From assembly GCA_963764165.1 (NCBI GenBank), contig CAVXRD010000002.1, positions 2,304,001-2,368,000 of the forward strand: 64,000 nt of DNA. The letters run 5' to 3'. Shown piece by piece: positions 41,572 to 51,380 of this stretch; position 1 is the first letter of the stretch, and each line of letters opens with the position of its first letter. The notes under the pieces are model-generated. The model was not told the origin of the DNA and searched no databases. It was given only the letters and a program-made list of their open reading frames with translations. The DNA is from an uncultured Verrucomicrobiae bacterium. Lineage in GTDB: Bacteria; Verrucomicrobiota; Verrucomicrobiia; Limisphaerales; Palsa-1400. Made by a program: the position numbers and the translations under genes.

Positions 41572-42228
41572 ATGTCCTTTTTTGACCGTCAATATGAAGT
41601 GTTTGCTGTGCTTGGCGACCCAAAAGCCGAGCCGGCTTGGAGCGAGCCAAGATGGGAGCGCATCGCAGACATTTTCGACCCGATCGTCCAGAAGGCACGA
41701 GATCGTGCCGCCGTGCGCTCGACCCAATTGAGTATCGGGCCGGGATCTCCCAACCAACGGGCGATCTCATTTGGTCGTATCGGCTGGAACGCCCCAAGTC
41801 ACAAGAAGTGGGTTCACGCGGCCGCAAGGGGCGATAGAGCCGAGTTTATAAGCACAGAAGTGTGGGCGCCATCGTGGACCACCTGTGAACGGGAGGGCCG
41901 TGCTCCAGATGTTTACCTCGCGGTTCGTAATGAGCAGTCAGTTCCCGGAGAGCGAGTTGGTTTTAATCCTGGTTTCATATTTGCTTTAGCGCTCGACCAG
42001 GATAGTAAGATCGTTTCCCGTGGAAAACCAAGCGCTGAAGCCTTGGCCACTCTGCTCGGCTCCCTCCTTCGCGTGCGCTGTGTTCGGCCGTGGGGCTATC
42101 GGCATGGCGACGTTGGGTTTACCAGTGCGATTGGGGATTTATATGTTACAGGGCTATTCAAACCGGGGCCGCGAAATCAGCAACCACTTTCTCCGAATAT
42201 GTTGACGGGGCATTGGGAGGTGTTCTGA
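41572..42228 (+). CDS. Hypothetical protein
   Basis: 218 aa Trp-rich ORF of plausible composition; no family recognised. Confidence 0.7.
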   Translation: MSFFDRQYEVFAVLGDPKAEPAWSEPRWERIADIFDPIVQKARDRAAVRSTQLSIGPGSPNQRAISFGRIGWNAPSHKKWVHAAARGDRAEFISTEVWAPSWTTCEREGRAPDVYLAVRNEQSVPGERVGFNPGFIFALALDQDSKIVSRGKPSAEALATLLGSLLRVRCVRPWGYRHGDVGFTSAIGDLYVTGLFKPGPRNQQPLSPNMLTGHWEVF

Positions 42229-42386
42229 AGTCTTTGCAGCGAACGCGCTGGGTGCACCGGATTTCAAACCGGAGCAATTGACGGCGCGTCGTTGATCGTC
42301 ATCTTTAAGGCGTTTCGATCTGATCCTTCATACGGTAACTTTGCCTTCGATGATCACCGTTTCAGCGTGCCAGTGTCAGTGCCAGT

Positions 42387-42555
42387 GTCAGTCCCCACTA
42401 TTTGCACTTTGGATTTGATATTGGGCACGGGGTGCAGGAGGGTCGCCGCATGCCGCGCCAATTGCGCCTGGAATATCGCGGGACGGTCTATGGGCAGTTG
42501 GCGCCTGTGTCGAACCTTTTGCGAAAAGCAAAAAGTGCAAAAAGTGAGGACTGAC
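42387..42555 (+). mobile_element. Internally deleted RAYT-like (Y1/IS200-superfamily) mini-element with 23-bp terminal inverted repeats
   Basis: gtcagtccccactatttgcactt (42387-42409) / aagtgcaaaaagtgaggactgac (42533-42555), 2 mismatches; encloses ORF 42450-42554 MPRQLRLEYRGTVYGQLAPVSNLLRKAKSAKSED*. Confidence 0.72.
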
Positions 42556-42786
42556 GCGGAGACTGACATGTCCTGGCGCGACATGTAGCCATACAGGTTG
42601 TGTAGCCTGCTGTACGGGGGGACTTGCATTAGGAACAGCAGGAATAATTGCCGCTAGTAGCTCAGGATTGTTGTCTTGGCTCAGCGGATCAATTCTTCTT
42701 GCGGGGCAAGCTGCGTTGACTTATGATTACGCCCAATGTATGGCAGGGTGTCAAGGTAAACCATAGGTTTGATTTTTGACATTTGT

Positions 42787-43152
42787 ATGGATTCAACAAC
42801 GACTGCACGCGAAAGAGACCCAATGGGCCGCACCAAAATGTGGGGACTTGCTCTTTGTTTGTTGCCCATACTAATACAAACTTATTATGTGTGCTATAGA
42901 TGTTATAAAAGTGCCGTAGATGCCGCAAAGAGGGGTGGGCATTCGTTTTTCGGGGCGGGTGGAGGGGTGATGGAGACGGCTTTTCTCAGCTTGTCGTACG
43001 TCATCTTCTTGCTGGCTATAGGACTATATCTTATTTTGCTTTTGGCAGGTTTTAGCAAGAGCACCCGATTATACTGGACCGCATACATCGCAAGTAGTGT
43101 TTTACTACTAATCTGGATTTCCGTTGGAGTCATCGGTCTGTTGATAAAATGA
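42787..43152 (+). CDS. Small AT-rich integral membrane protein
   Basis: Three hydrophobic helices; AT-rich relative to host genes; start uncertain. Confidence 0.6.
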   Translation: MDSTTTARERDPMGRTKMWGLALCLLPILIQTYYVCYRCYKSAVDAAKRGGHSFFGAGGGVMETAFLSLSYVIFLLAIGLYLILLLAGFSKSTRLYWTAYIASSVLLLIWISVGVIGLLIK

Positions 43153-43316
43153 ACTGGTACGAATCCATTTTGAAATCGTGTTTTCGTCAATTACGAAATC
43201 AAGAACCCATGTTCGATGCGGAAGGTGAAAACGAGCAATCTTTCCGATTCTTTCCAGAATTATTCGAAGCGCAGGCTAAAGCGCTCGCACTTTTAGAGTG
43301 CAGGTGTCATGCAGGT

Positions 43317-43339
43317 GTCACCCCTCACTTTTTGCACTT
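43317..43339. repeat. Inverted copy of the RAYT-type end motif
   Basis: gtcacccctcactttttgcactt. Confidence 0.75.
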
Positions 43340-43481
43340 AACGAGACCGGCTGGAATTTCGGCGGCTCCAAGACGATTTGCTGAATAGCCGGAAACCGGA
43401 GTCTCAGCCCGCTTTTAATCCCGCTCTTCTGATTCTCGGCGAATCCAATTCGGATCTCGTCTCAAATCCACAAAGCTTTCC

Positions 43482-43700
43482 TCATGCCTTATCCCGGGCA
43501 AGCCGCCGCTTTAGCTGCGAGGCCGTGAGAAACTTCCCTTTGCCACCTTTAACTTTGGCGAGACGTTTTTCCAGTATTTCGCCATGCCAAGCTGGCGATT
43601 CAAGTTGGTTGGGGTTTGAAGCGAGCGAGCGCCAAAGGAGCTCCATGGCTTCCAACCGCTCTGCCACACTCATGCGCTCGACTTCCGCTGATCCAATCAC
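43482..43700 (-). CDS. Orphan addiction module antitoxin (TIGR02574-like)
   Basis: ERMSVAERLEAMELLWRSL....ESPAWHGEILEKR. Confidence 0.8.
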   Translation of the reverse strand: MIGSAEVERMSVAERLEAMELLWRSLASNPNQLESPAWHGEILEKRLAKVKGGKGKFLTASQLKRRLARDKA

Positions 43701-43753
43701 GTCGAAAGGCTAGCTCCCCGGCGGCACGGCCGCATGTATGGGATTTTGTGTTT

Positions 43754-44036
43754 CTCTCGCCGGGGCGCATCTCAGTTTTTGTGAGGGCGGACTTCTGCCA
43801 AAAGCTCGGCAGGTCGACAAGTGATCGCTCTCACCCCGCCAAGCTTGGCGGGGAGAAAGAAGGAGAGATGGGCAACTCATTAGAAATCGGAGAGGCCAGG
43901 CGCATTGAGGGCCGATGGATTTCAGTCGTTGCCTAACCGCCCCTCTCCCTAACCCTCTCCCCGCTGCGCGGGGCGAGGGAATCCGCGATTCGTCGGCAAG
44001 GGATTGCCAATAAGTGAGATGCGCCCCTCTCGCCGG
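43754..44036. mobile_element. MITE with terminal inverted repeats and target duplication, carrying a REP doublet
   Basis: ctctcgccgg direct repeats (43754-43763, 44027-44036) flank ggcgcatctca / tgagatgcgcc; internal REP arms within 43828-43981. Confidence 0.7.
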
Positions 44037-44216
44037 TGTCGTCGGTCAGCGCGTCGATTGAAAAATGGCGTTCATTTTAGGATGAATAATTTCAGAGACG
44101 TGATCTGAGGTCTAAAAAATATTCTGTTCATCCCGTACATCCTGTCAAAATTCCGCGAAAAACCCAGTTCAACTCGATTGACAGGTATTCCTCGCGGACT
44201 TATAAAGCTCCGCGTC

Positions 44217-46674
44217 GTGCCGCGCCTGAAACACATTCTCTTCCTTTGCGTCACCGCTGCCGTGTCCCTTCTTGCAGGCGCTTCGCCCAGCGCCGCAGCC
44301 GAGACCATTTCCAATCTTCTCGCCAACACCCGAACTCTGCCGGGCTTTTTTCCGCTGTTTTGGGACACCAACAGTGGCCAGCTCTGGCTTGAAGTTTCCC
44401 ATCTCGACGAAGACTTCATCTATTACGACTCGCTTCCCGCCGGGTTCGGCTCCAGCGACTTGGGGCTGGATCGGGGGCGAGCTTGGGCGCGAACGCCTTT
44501 TGCGCTTTACCCGCGTCGGCAAGAAAATCCTTCTCATGGAATCCAACCTCGGCTTTCGCGCCACGGGAGGTTCGGCCGCCGAACAGCGCGCTGTTCACGA
44601 TTCCTTTCCGCAATCCGTCCTCGCGGGTTTCACTGTCGCTTGCGAGAACGCCTCGCATCCGGTTGTGGACGCCACCGGCTTTTTCCTGCGCGACATCCAC
44701 AATGTCGCATCCCGCCTCCGCGAAGCCAAACAAGGCAGCTTCAGCATTGACGATGCCCGCAGCGCCGTTTACATGCCGAACACGAAAAACTTTCCCAGCA
44801 ATACCGAAGTCGAATCTCTCTTGACCTTCACCGGCTCCGACGCTGGCCCTGTCTTGCGCAATTTGCTGACCGATCCCAACGCCTTTACTGTTCGCCTTCA
44901 TCATTCGTTTGTGGCCCTGCCGCCGCCGGGATACACTCCACGAGCCTTCGACCCGCGTGCCGGCTATTTTGATTTCGAATACGCGGATTATTCCGCGCCT
45001 CTTGGCGACTCCATCGCCCGCCGCTTTATCACCCGTCATCGCCTTGCCAAAAAAGATCCTTCCGCGGCGCGCAGCGAACCCGTTGCGCCCATTATTTACT
45101 ACCTTGATCCCGGCACGCCCGAACCCGTGCGCGGAGCCCTCCTCGATGGCGCCCGCTGGTGGAATCAGGCCTTCGAGGCCGCCGGATATATCAACGCTTT
45201 TCGCGTCGAAATGCTGCCCGATGACGCTGATCCCATGGACGCCCGTTACAATGTGATCGAATGGGTTCACCGCTACACGCGCGGCTGGTCTTACGGCAGC
45301 TCCATCACTGATCCGCGCACCGGCGAAATCATCAAAGGCGTCGTCACCCTGGGTTCCCTCCGCGTGCGCCAGGATTATTTGCTCGCCGAAGGACTCCTTG
45401 CTCCTTACGAAAGCGGCCAGCCGGCTTCGCCCGAAATGGCGAAATTGGCCCTCGCCCGCATGCGCCAGCTCGGCGCGCACGAAGTCGGACACACCCTCGG
45501 ACTTGCCCACAACTTCATTGCCAGCGCCTTTGACCGCGCGTCCGTCATGGATTATCCGCCGCCTTTTGCCCAATTGCGCCCCGATGGCTCTATCGATCTT
45601 TCGCAAGCCTACGCCACCGGCATCGGCGAATGGGACAAAGTCGCCATCGCCTACGGCTATCAGGATTTTCCATCCGGCACGGGTGAACCGAGCGCGCTGA
45701 CCGCAATTCTTGACTCTGCGCGCGCGCGCGGGTTGATTTTCCTCACCGATCAGGACGCCCGCCCGGCGGGCAGCGCCCATCCTCTCGTTCACCTTTGGGA
45801 CACGGGTACAAATGCCGTCGATGCGCTGCAAAAAATGCTCGCCCTGCGCCGCGCCGTCCTCGCCCGTTTCGGCGAAAACAACATCAAGCCCGGCGCGCCG
45901 CTGGCCACCATCGAAGACGTCCTTGTCCCCGCCTATTTGATGCACCGCTACCAGCTCGAAGCAGCGGCCAAATCCATCGCCGGCGTCACTTACACCTACG
46001 CCCTGCGCGGCGACGGCCAAATCCCGACCATACCCGTGCCGCCCGACGAACAACGCCGCGCTCTTAAAGCCATCCTCGGCTCGCTCGCGCCGAGCGAGCT
46101 CAAGATTCCCGATGCCGTGCGAAAACTTATTCCGCCGCGGCCCGAAGGCTTTGCTCGTCACGAGGATTTCGGCAACCACACCGGCGGAACGTTCGACGCC
46201 CTCGCCCCAGCCGAAGCCGCCGCTGAAATCGCTCTCCACGTCCTCCTCGATCCCACGCGCGCCGCCCGCCTGGTCGAACAGCACGCCCTCGACGCCGATC
46301 AACCCTCTCTAAACGATGTCGTCGACGCCATTCTCAACGCCACCTGGCTTCAAAGCGCGGGCGCCGATGAACTCGGCGAAATCCAACGGGCTGTCAACTA
46401 CATTACCCTACGCCACCTCATCGACCTTCTGGCGAATGCTTCCGCCACGCCCCAAACCAAGGCCATCCTTGCGGACAAGCTCGAATCGCTCGCCCGCCAA
46501 CTCCGCCACGCGAACCCTGCCCAATCGCCCGAGGCGCAGCGCCAGCATCTCTCTGAAGGCGCCCGCCTCATTGAAAATTACTTCGCCCATCCCGCCGAAT
46601 ACGTTCCGCTCCCCGCCGCTGCTGTGCCTCCCGGCCAACCCATAGGCTCCCTTTCCGACTGTGGCGCATGGTAA
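44217..46674 (+). pseudogene. Secreted zinc-dependent metalloprotease (DUF5117/DUF4953, EcxA-like) with +1 frameshift (pseudogene or sequencing error)
   Basis: Signal peptide to GLDRG in one frame, (G)ELGRERLL.. onward in another; G5 run at 44473-44477; HEVGHTLGLAHN and SVMDY Met-turn. Confidence 0.8.
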
Positions 46675-46850
46675 TGTCACCCATAATGTGGAACACCTCA
46701 TCCGCATGTTAAGTAGGACGATGTGACGTGACGCCTTGCGCTCTCGACACCGGATGCCGGAAAATGGGCGGCAACATTTCTTCCGAGAAATTTAACCGAA
46801 TGGCCTGCGCACCGAGACCAGGCTCTCCCCGAGCGAAGCTACGGGCGACA

Positions 46851-46968
46851 TGCGCAACCATTGCGCAGCAGTGAGCAACAAATGCGCGGAGTGAAGACCC
46901 CATCCGAGGCCGATTCCTGCGCGATTCATTCATTCTCAACGGCTTACACAGTTGGCCCGGCGGCTGCT
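46851..46968 (+). promoter_or_regulatory. Putative sigma54 promoter with tandem palindromic enhancer sites
   Basis: tgcgcaaccattgcgca (46851-46867), tgagcaacaaatgcgcg (46872-46888); TGGCCCGGCGGCTGCT GG-N10-GC at 46953-46968. Confidence 0.6.
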
Positions 46969-47048
46969 ATATATGTGGCGACGTCACGTTCTTCGGTACG
47001 CAACTGAGCGTCGCCGAAACAGTTTAACCGGTAAAATTAACAGATTAT

Positions 47049-47591
47049 ATGAATGCATTGAAAAAAGCTCTAATCGCAGGCGGTTGCGCCGTTCTCCTGG
47101 CTTTGGGAACCAACACCGTCATGGCCCAAGGCAACAATGGCGGCGGCCGCGGCCGCGGCAATTACGATCCGGCCCAAATGAAAGCCGCCCGGCTGGACCG
47201 GACCAAGACTGAATTGGAAATCACGGATGACACCGAATGGAATGCCATCTCGCCAAAGGTCAGCAAGGTTTTTGATGCCCAAGGGGAAGTGTTTGCCAAT
47301 GCCATGCGCGGTGCTCGTGGCGGTGGAAACCGCCGCGGCGGAGGGGAAGACAATGCCCAGCGCCAGCCGCGCAATAACGGATTCGGCGGCGAACCGAGCG
47401 CAGCCGTCACGGCCCTCGAAAAGGCCATCGAAGACAAAGCGCCGACCGCTGAAATCAAGACCAAGCTGGCTGCAGTCCAAGCCGAGAACAAAGATAAAGT
47501 GGCCAAATTGCTTGCCGCCCAGGAGGAATTGCGCGGAGTTTTGACACCCCGCCAGGAAGCGATCGCGACGCTGCATGGTTTGCTGCAATGA
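47049..47591 (+). CDS. Secreted Gly/Arg-rich helical protein
   Basis: Signal peptide ending VMA-Q; GGGRGRG tracts; C-terminal LRGVLTPRQEA. Confidence 0.8.
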   Translation: MNALKKALIAGGCAVLLALGTNTVMAQGNNGGGRGRGNYDPAQMKAARLDRTKTELEITDDTEWNAISPKVSKVFDAQGEVFANAMRGARGGGNRRGGGEDNAQRQPRNNGFGGEPSAAVTALEKAIEDKAPTAEIKTKLAAVQAENKDKVAKLLAAQEELRGVLTPRQEAIATLHGLLQ

Positions 47592-47666
47592 TTTGAAGGT
47601 GGCAGTGTCTAAGGACTGCAAATGTGTGGCGGCGTTCCCATGGTGCCGCCGCGCGAAATCAAAGGT

Positions 47667-49433
47667 ATGAACGAAAAAACAGTTGATAGCCCGTCCCAGT
47701 TGCTTGAACAGATGGTTGCCGCGCGGCAATTGTCTGCCACCGATGCTGCCATTCTCAATTCGCAAACGCGCTCCGGCGCGCAAAAGCAATTCACGGCCGA
47801 GGAAGATGTCCTCCAGTGGCTGGCCCATGAATATGGCCTCAGCTACACCACCCTGGAAAATGTCGAACCCGACCGCCAGTTGCTTTCACTTTTTCCCGCG
47901 CGCGTGCTCTTGAAGGAAGAATTGCTTCCGCTCCAGCGCGTCAACGGCGTGGTGGAAGTCGCCACCAGCCGGCTCTTTGCCACTCAAGGATTGGATACGC
48001 TCAAGACCTTGACTGGCCTGAAAATCAAGCCCGTCCTCGCCCCGACCGAAGCCATCCGCCGCGAAATGAAAGTCCGCCTCGGCGTCGGCGCGGACACCAT
48101 TGATACCCTCGATGACTCCGCTCCGCTGCAAGTGGTGGACGAAGATGGCGAGGATGATTCAAACCTTGAGAATGCCGCGGAAGACGCTTCGATCATCAAA
48201 TTCGTCAACCAAGTATTGACGGACGCGATTGAACTGCGCGCTTCCGATATTCACGTCGAGCCGTTCGAGGATGAGTTGCGCATTCGCTACCGCATTGACG
48301 GTGTGCTGCAGGAAATTCCCGTGCCGGCGGCCATCAAGCGCTTTCAACCGGCCATCGTCTCGCGCATCAAAATCCTGAGCCATTTGAACATCGCCGAAAA
48401 ACGGCTTCCGCAAGACGGTCGCATCAAGATCCGCCTCGCCAACAACGAGGTGGACATCCGCGTTTCGATCATCCCGATGCTGCACGGTGAAGCGATGGTG
48501 CTCCGCTTGCTGCGCCAGAAGGCAACGCTGCTGGGCGTTGAGCAGCTTGGCATGTCGGATGAAGTGGTGAAGGCGTTCAACGCCGTCCTGGAACTGCCGC
48601 ACGGAATTATACTTGTCACCGGCCCGACCGGTTCCGGCAAGACGTCCACCCTTTACACCGCGCTGGCGGCCATCAATGACGATATCCGCAAGATCATCAC
48701 CATTGAGGACCCGATTGAATACCAGATGCGCGGCATCAATCAGATTCAGGTCTCGGAAAAATCCGGGCTGACCTTCGCGCGCGGATTGCGCTCGGTGCTG
48801 CGCCATGATCCGGATGTGATTCTGGTCGGTGAAATTCGCGACCAGGAAACGGCGCAAATCGCCGTGCAAGCCTCGCTGACCGGCCACTTGGTTTTCTCCA
48901 CCCTGCACACGAACGACGCGCCCGGCGCATTGACGCGGCTGGTCGATATGAACGTCGAGCCCTATCTGGTTGCCTCCTCCCTGGAAGCCGTGCTCGCGCA
49001 GCGCCTTGTGCGGGTGCTCTGCAAGGACTGCAAGATTGAAGATACTTCCGCCACCACCGCCCTGCTGCGGGATCAAATGGGCATGCCCTCCAGCGTCAAA
49101 ATTTATCAGGGCGTCGGCTGCCCGAATTGCCGCAACACCGGTTATCATGGCCGGCACGCGATTTTTGAATGGATGGATTTGACGAGTGAAATCCGCCAGA
49201 TGGTTTTGAAAAACGCCTCGAGCGGCGAGATGCGCGAAGTCGCCGTCCGCAATGGCATGCACAGCTTGAGCGACGACGGCTGGCGCCTGATCGGCATGGG
49301 ACTGACCACGCCCCAGGAAATCATGCGCGTGGCCAAGGATCAATCGCTCCACGGTGGCCGCCCGAAACCCGCAGCCCCCGCAGCCGCGCCCGCGGAAACC
49401 GATTTCACCGTGAAAACCGCCAGAGTGGCTTAA
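47667..49433 (+). CDS. gspE: Type II secretion/pilus ATPase GspE/PulE
   Basis: ASDIHVEP, RLPQDGR, GPTGSGKT, TIEDPIE, RHDPDVILVGEIRD, STLHTN, CxxC..CxxC. Confidence 0.95.
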   Translation: MNEKTVDSPSQLLEQMVAARQLSATDAAILNSQTRSGAQKQFTAEEDVLQWLAHEYGLSYTTLENVEPDRQLLSLFPARVLLKEELLPLQRVNGVVEVATSRLFATQGLDTLKTLTGLKIKPVLAPTEAIRREMKVRLGVGADTIDTLDDSAPLQVVDEDGEDDSNLENAAEDASIIKFVNQVLTDAIELRASDIHVEPFEDELRIRYRIDGVLQEIPVPAAIKRFQPAIVSRIKILSHLNIAEKRLPQDGRIKIRLANNEVDIRVSIIPMLHGEAMVLRLLRQKATLLGVEQLGMSDEVVKAFNAVLELPHGIILVTGPTGSGKTSTLYTALAAINDDIRKIITIEDPIEYQMRGINQIQVSEKSGLTFARGLRSVLRHDPDVILVGEIRDQETAQIAVQASLTGHLVFSTLHTNDAPGALTRLVDMNVEPYLVASSLEAVLAQRLVRVLCKDCKIEDTSATTALLRDQMGMPSSVKIYQGVGCPNCRNTGYHGRHAIFEWMDLTSEIRQMVLKNASSGEMREVAVRNGMHSLSDDGWRLIGMGLTTPQEIMRVAKDQSLHGGRPKPAAPAAAPAETDFTVKTARVA

Positions 49434-49475
49434 GACTATGCGCACCGCTGCCGGCCAAAAATTCGAAGCGACAAA

Positions 49476-49631
49476 GGTAGGGACGCCTCGCCGAGGCGTC
49501 CGGGGGCATTCGTCAATAAGAGCGCGCAAAAACTGGTTTGAGAGTTCGGATGAATCGACGAAGCCTTCGGAAGAATTGTCAGCGCCAACAAATTTTCAAG
49601 CCCCCGGACGCCTCGGCGAGGCGTCCCTACC
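49476..49631. repeat. 156-bp GTAG-REP doublet between gspE and gspF
   Basis: ggtagggacgcctcgccgaggcgtccgggg ... ccccggacgcctcggcgaggcgtccctacc. Confidence 0.92.
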
Positions 49632-49649
49632 TTTCATTTGCCAATAGGT

Positions 49650-50921
49650 ATGCCCGTCTTCCAATACAAAGCATTGCAGGCCGACGGCAAATCCGCCGAG
49701 GGCACGCTCGAGGCGGGTGGCCGGCAGGAGGCGTTTCGCCAGATGGAGGAGAAAGGCCTTCGTCCAATCAGTCTCGCCGAAAGAGCGGCTGGTTCCGCTG
49801 CCGCGAAGAATGGAAGTTCCAGCTCCAGTTCGAGCAATGGAGCCGCAGCCTCGAAAGGCCTGAGTTTCAAAATCGGCGGGAACCGCGTCACTCCGAAAAT
49901 GCTGGAAACGTTTACGCGCCTGCTGGCCAGTTTGCTGGCGGCGGGCGTGCCGTTGAGCCGCGCGCTCGTGATTCTCTGCAAGGAATCTTCCAACCCGGTC
50001 GCGCAATCCAAATGGAAGGCGATTTACGATTCTGTTATTGACGGTGTCTCGCTGGCGGATTCGATGGCGACGATGCCGGAGACATTCCCGCGCGTTTACG
50101 TCGCAATGGTCTCGGCGGGCGAAACGGGCGGGTTCCTCGACCTCGTGCTTTCCCAGATCGCGGATTTCCAGGCGCGTGAGAAAGACCTCAAGTCCAAGGT
50201 AACCGCCGCGATGCTTTACCCGGCGATTTTGCTGCTGTTGTCCATCGGCGTGCTGATCGTGCTGATGACGTTTTTCGTGCCGCGCTTTCAAACGATGTTC
50301 GCGGGCTTCGGCGGGGAGTTGCCTTTGTTGACGCGCATTATTGTTGGAACCAGCCATTGGATTCGTTCCTACGGACTTTTCATCGCCATCGGGCTTGGCA
50401 TCGTGGGATTCATGGTGCGCAATTGGCTTTCCTCCGAACGCGGACGGCGCGCCTGGGAAGGACTCATCCTGAAGGCGCCGGGCATCGGCCCGCTTTTGAG
50501 CCAATTTGCCATGGCCCGCTTTTGCCGGATGCTGGGAACGCTGCTGAACTCCGGCGTGCCGCTGGTGCAGGCGCTCAACGTGGCCCGCCGCTCCATTGGC
50601 AACCAGATTCTTGTTGACGCGGTGTCCAACGCGATTGACCGTGTGAAGGAAGGCGCGCAATTGGGCGCGAGCCTCTCGGATTGCAAAACGCTTTTCCCCA
50701 GTTCCGTGCTGGAAATGATTTCGGTCGGCGAGGAAAGCGGCAAGCTCGACCAGGAATTGGTGCGCATCGCGGCTGTGACCGAAGGCGATTTGGATCGCAA
50801 CTTGAAAACAGCAGTGGCGTTCATGGAGCCGATGATGCTGTTTTTCATCGCCGGATTCATCGGGACCATTTTCATCGGCATGATCTACCCGATTTTTGCC
50901 ATGCAGGATTTTATCAAATAA
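49650..50921 (+). CDS. gspF: Type II secretion system F family protein
   Basis: MPVFQYKA, FTRLLASLLAAGVPL, AGETGG, AMLYP, VGEESGKL, EPMM. Confidence 0.95.
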   Translation: MPVFQYKALQADGKSAEGTLEAGGRQEAFRQMEEKGLRPISLAERAAGSAAAKNGSSSSSSSNGAAASKGLSFKIGGNRVTPKMLETFTRLLASLLAAGVPLSRALVILCKESSNPVAQSKWKAIYDSVIDGVSLADSMATMPETFPRVYVAMVSAGETGGFLDLVLSQIADFQAREKDLKSKVTAAMLYPAILLLLSIGVLIVLMTFFVPRFQTMFAGFGGELPLLTRIIVGTSHWIRSYGLFIAIGLGIVGFMVRNWLSSERGRRAWEGLILKAPGIGPLLSQFAMARFCRMLGTLLNSGVPLVQALNVARRSIGNQILVDAVSNAIDRVKEGAQLGASLSDCKTLFPSSVLEMISVGEESGKLDQELVRIAAVTEGDLDRNLKTAVAFMEPMMLFFIAGFIGTIFIGMIYPIFAMQDFIK

Positions 50922-50939
50922 ATAAATGAAAGGACTGAT

Positions 50940-51380
50940 ATGAACATTACAACCCGCATCACCAAACGCGCCACTCGAAAGGGCAAAGGCGCATTCACCC
51001 TCGTGGAATTGCTCCTGGTCATGACCATTCTGGCCATTCTCGCCGGCATCGTTTTGCCCAAGATGGCAGGCCGCGGCGAAGAAGCCCGCGTCAAGGCGGC
51101 CATAACTCAAATCTCCAACCTTGGAACAGCGCTGGGCGCTTACGAGGTCGATAACGGCAGCTATCCGCGCGGACAGACGGGATTGTCGGCGTTGATGGTC
51201 AAGCCGCGCGATGCGATGAATTGGCACGGGCCTTACATGGAAAAAGAAATTCCCAATGATCCCTGGGGCAAGCCGTATGTCTATCAATGCCCGGGCCGCC
51301 ACAATCCTTCGGGTTATGATCTTTCCACGACCGGCCCGGATGGCACCGTTTATGGCAATTGGACTGAAAAAGCGAAATAA
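50940..51380 (+). CDS. gspG: Major pseudopilin GspG
   Basis: AFTLVELL, AL.AYEVDNG.YP, WHGPY, DPWG.PY.Y..PG. Confidence 0.93.
   Translation: MNITTRITKRATRKGKGAFTLVELLLVMTILAILAGIVLPKMAGRGEEARVKAAITQISNLGTALGAYEVDNGSYPRGQTGLSALMVKPRDAMNWHGPYMEKEIPNDPWGKPYVYQCPGRHNPSGYDLSTTGPDGTVYGNWTEKAK

Noticed and set aside
40274..43339. CRISPR array or integron attC array
   Set aside because: Repeats are irregularly spaced, in mixed orientation and separated by whole genes; no cas or intI gene; no clear RYYYAAC/GTTRRRY attC boxes.
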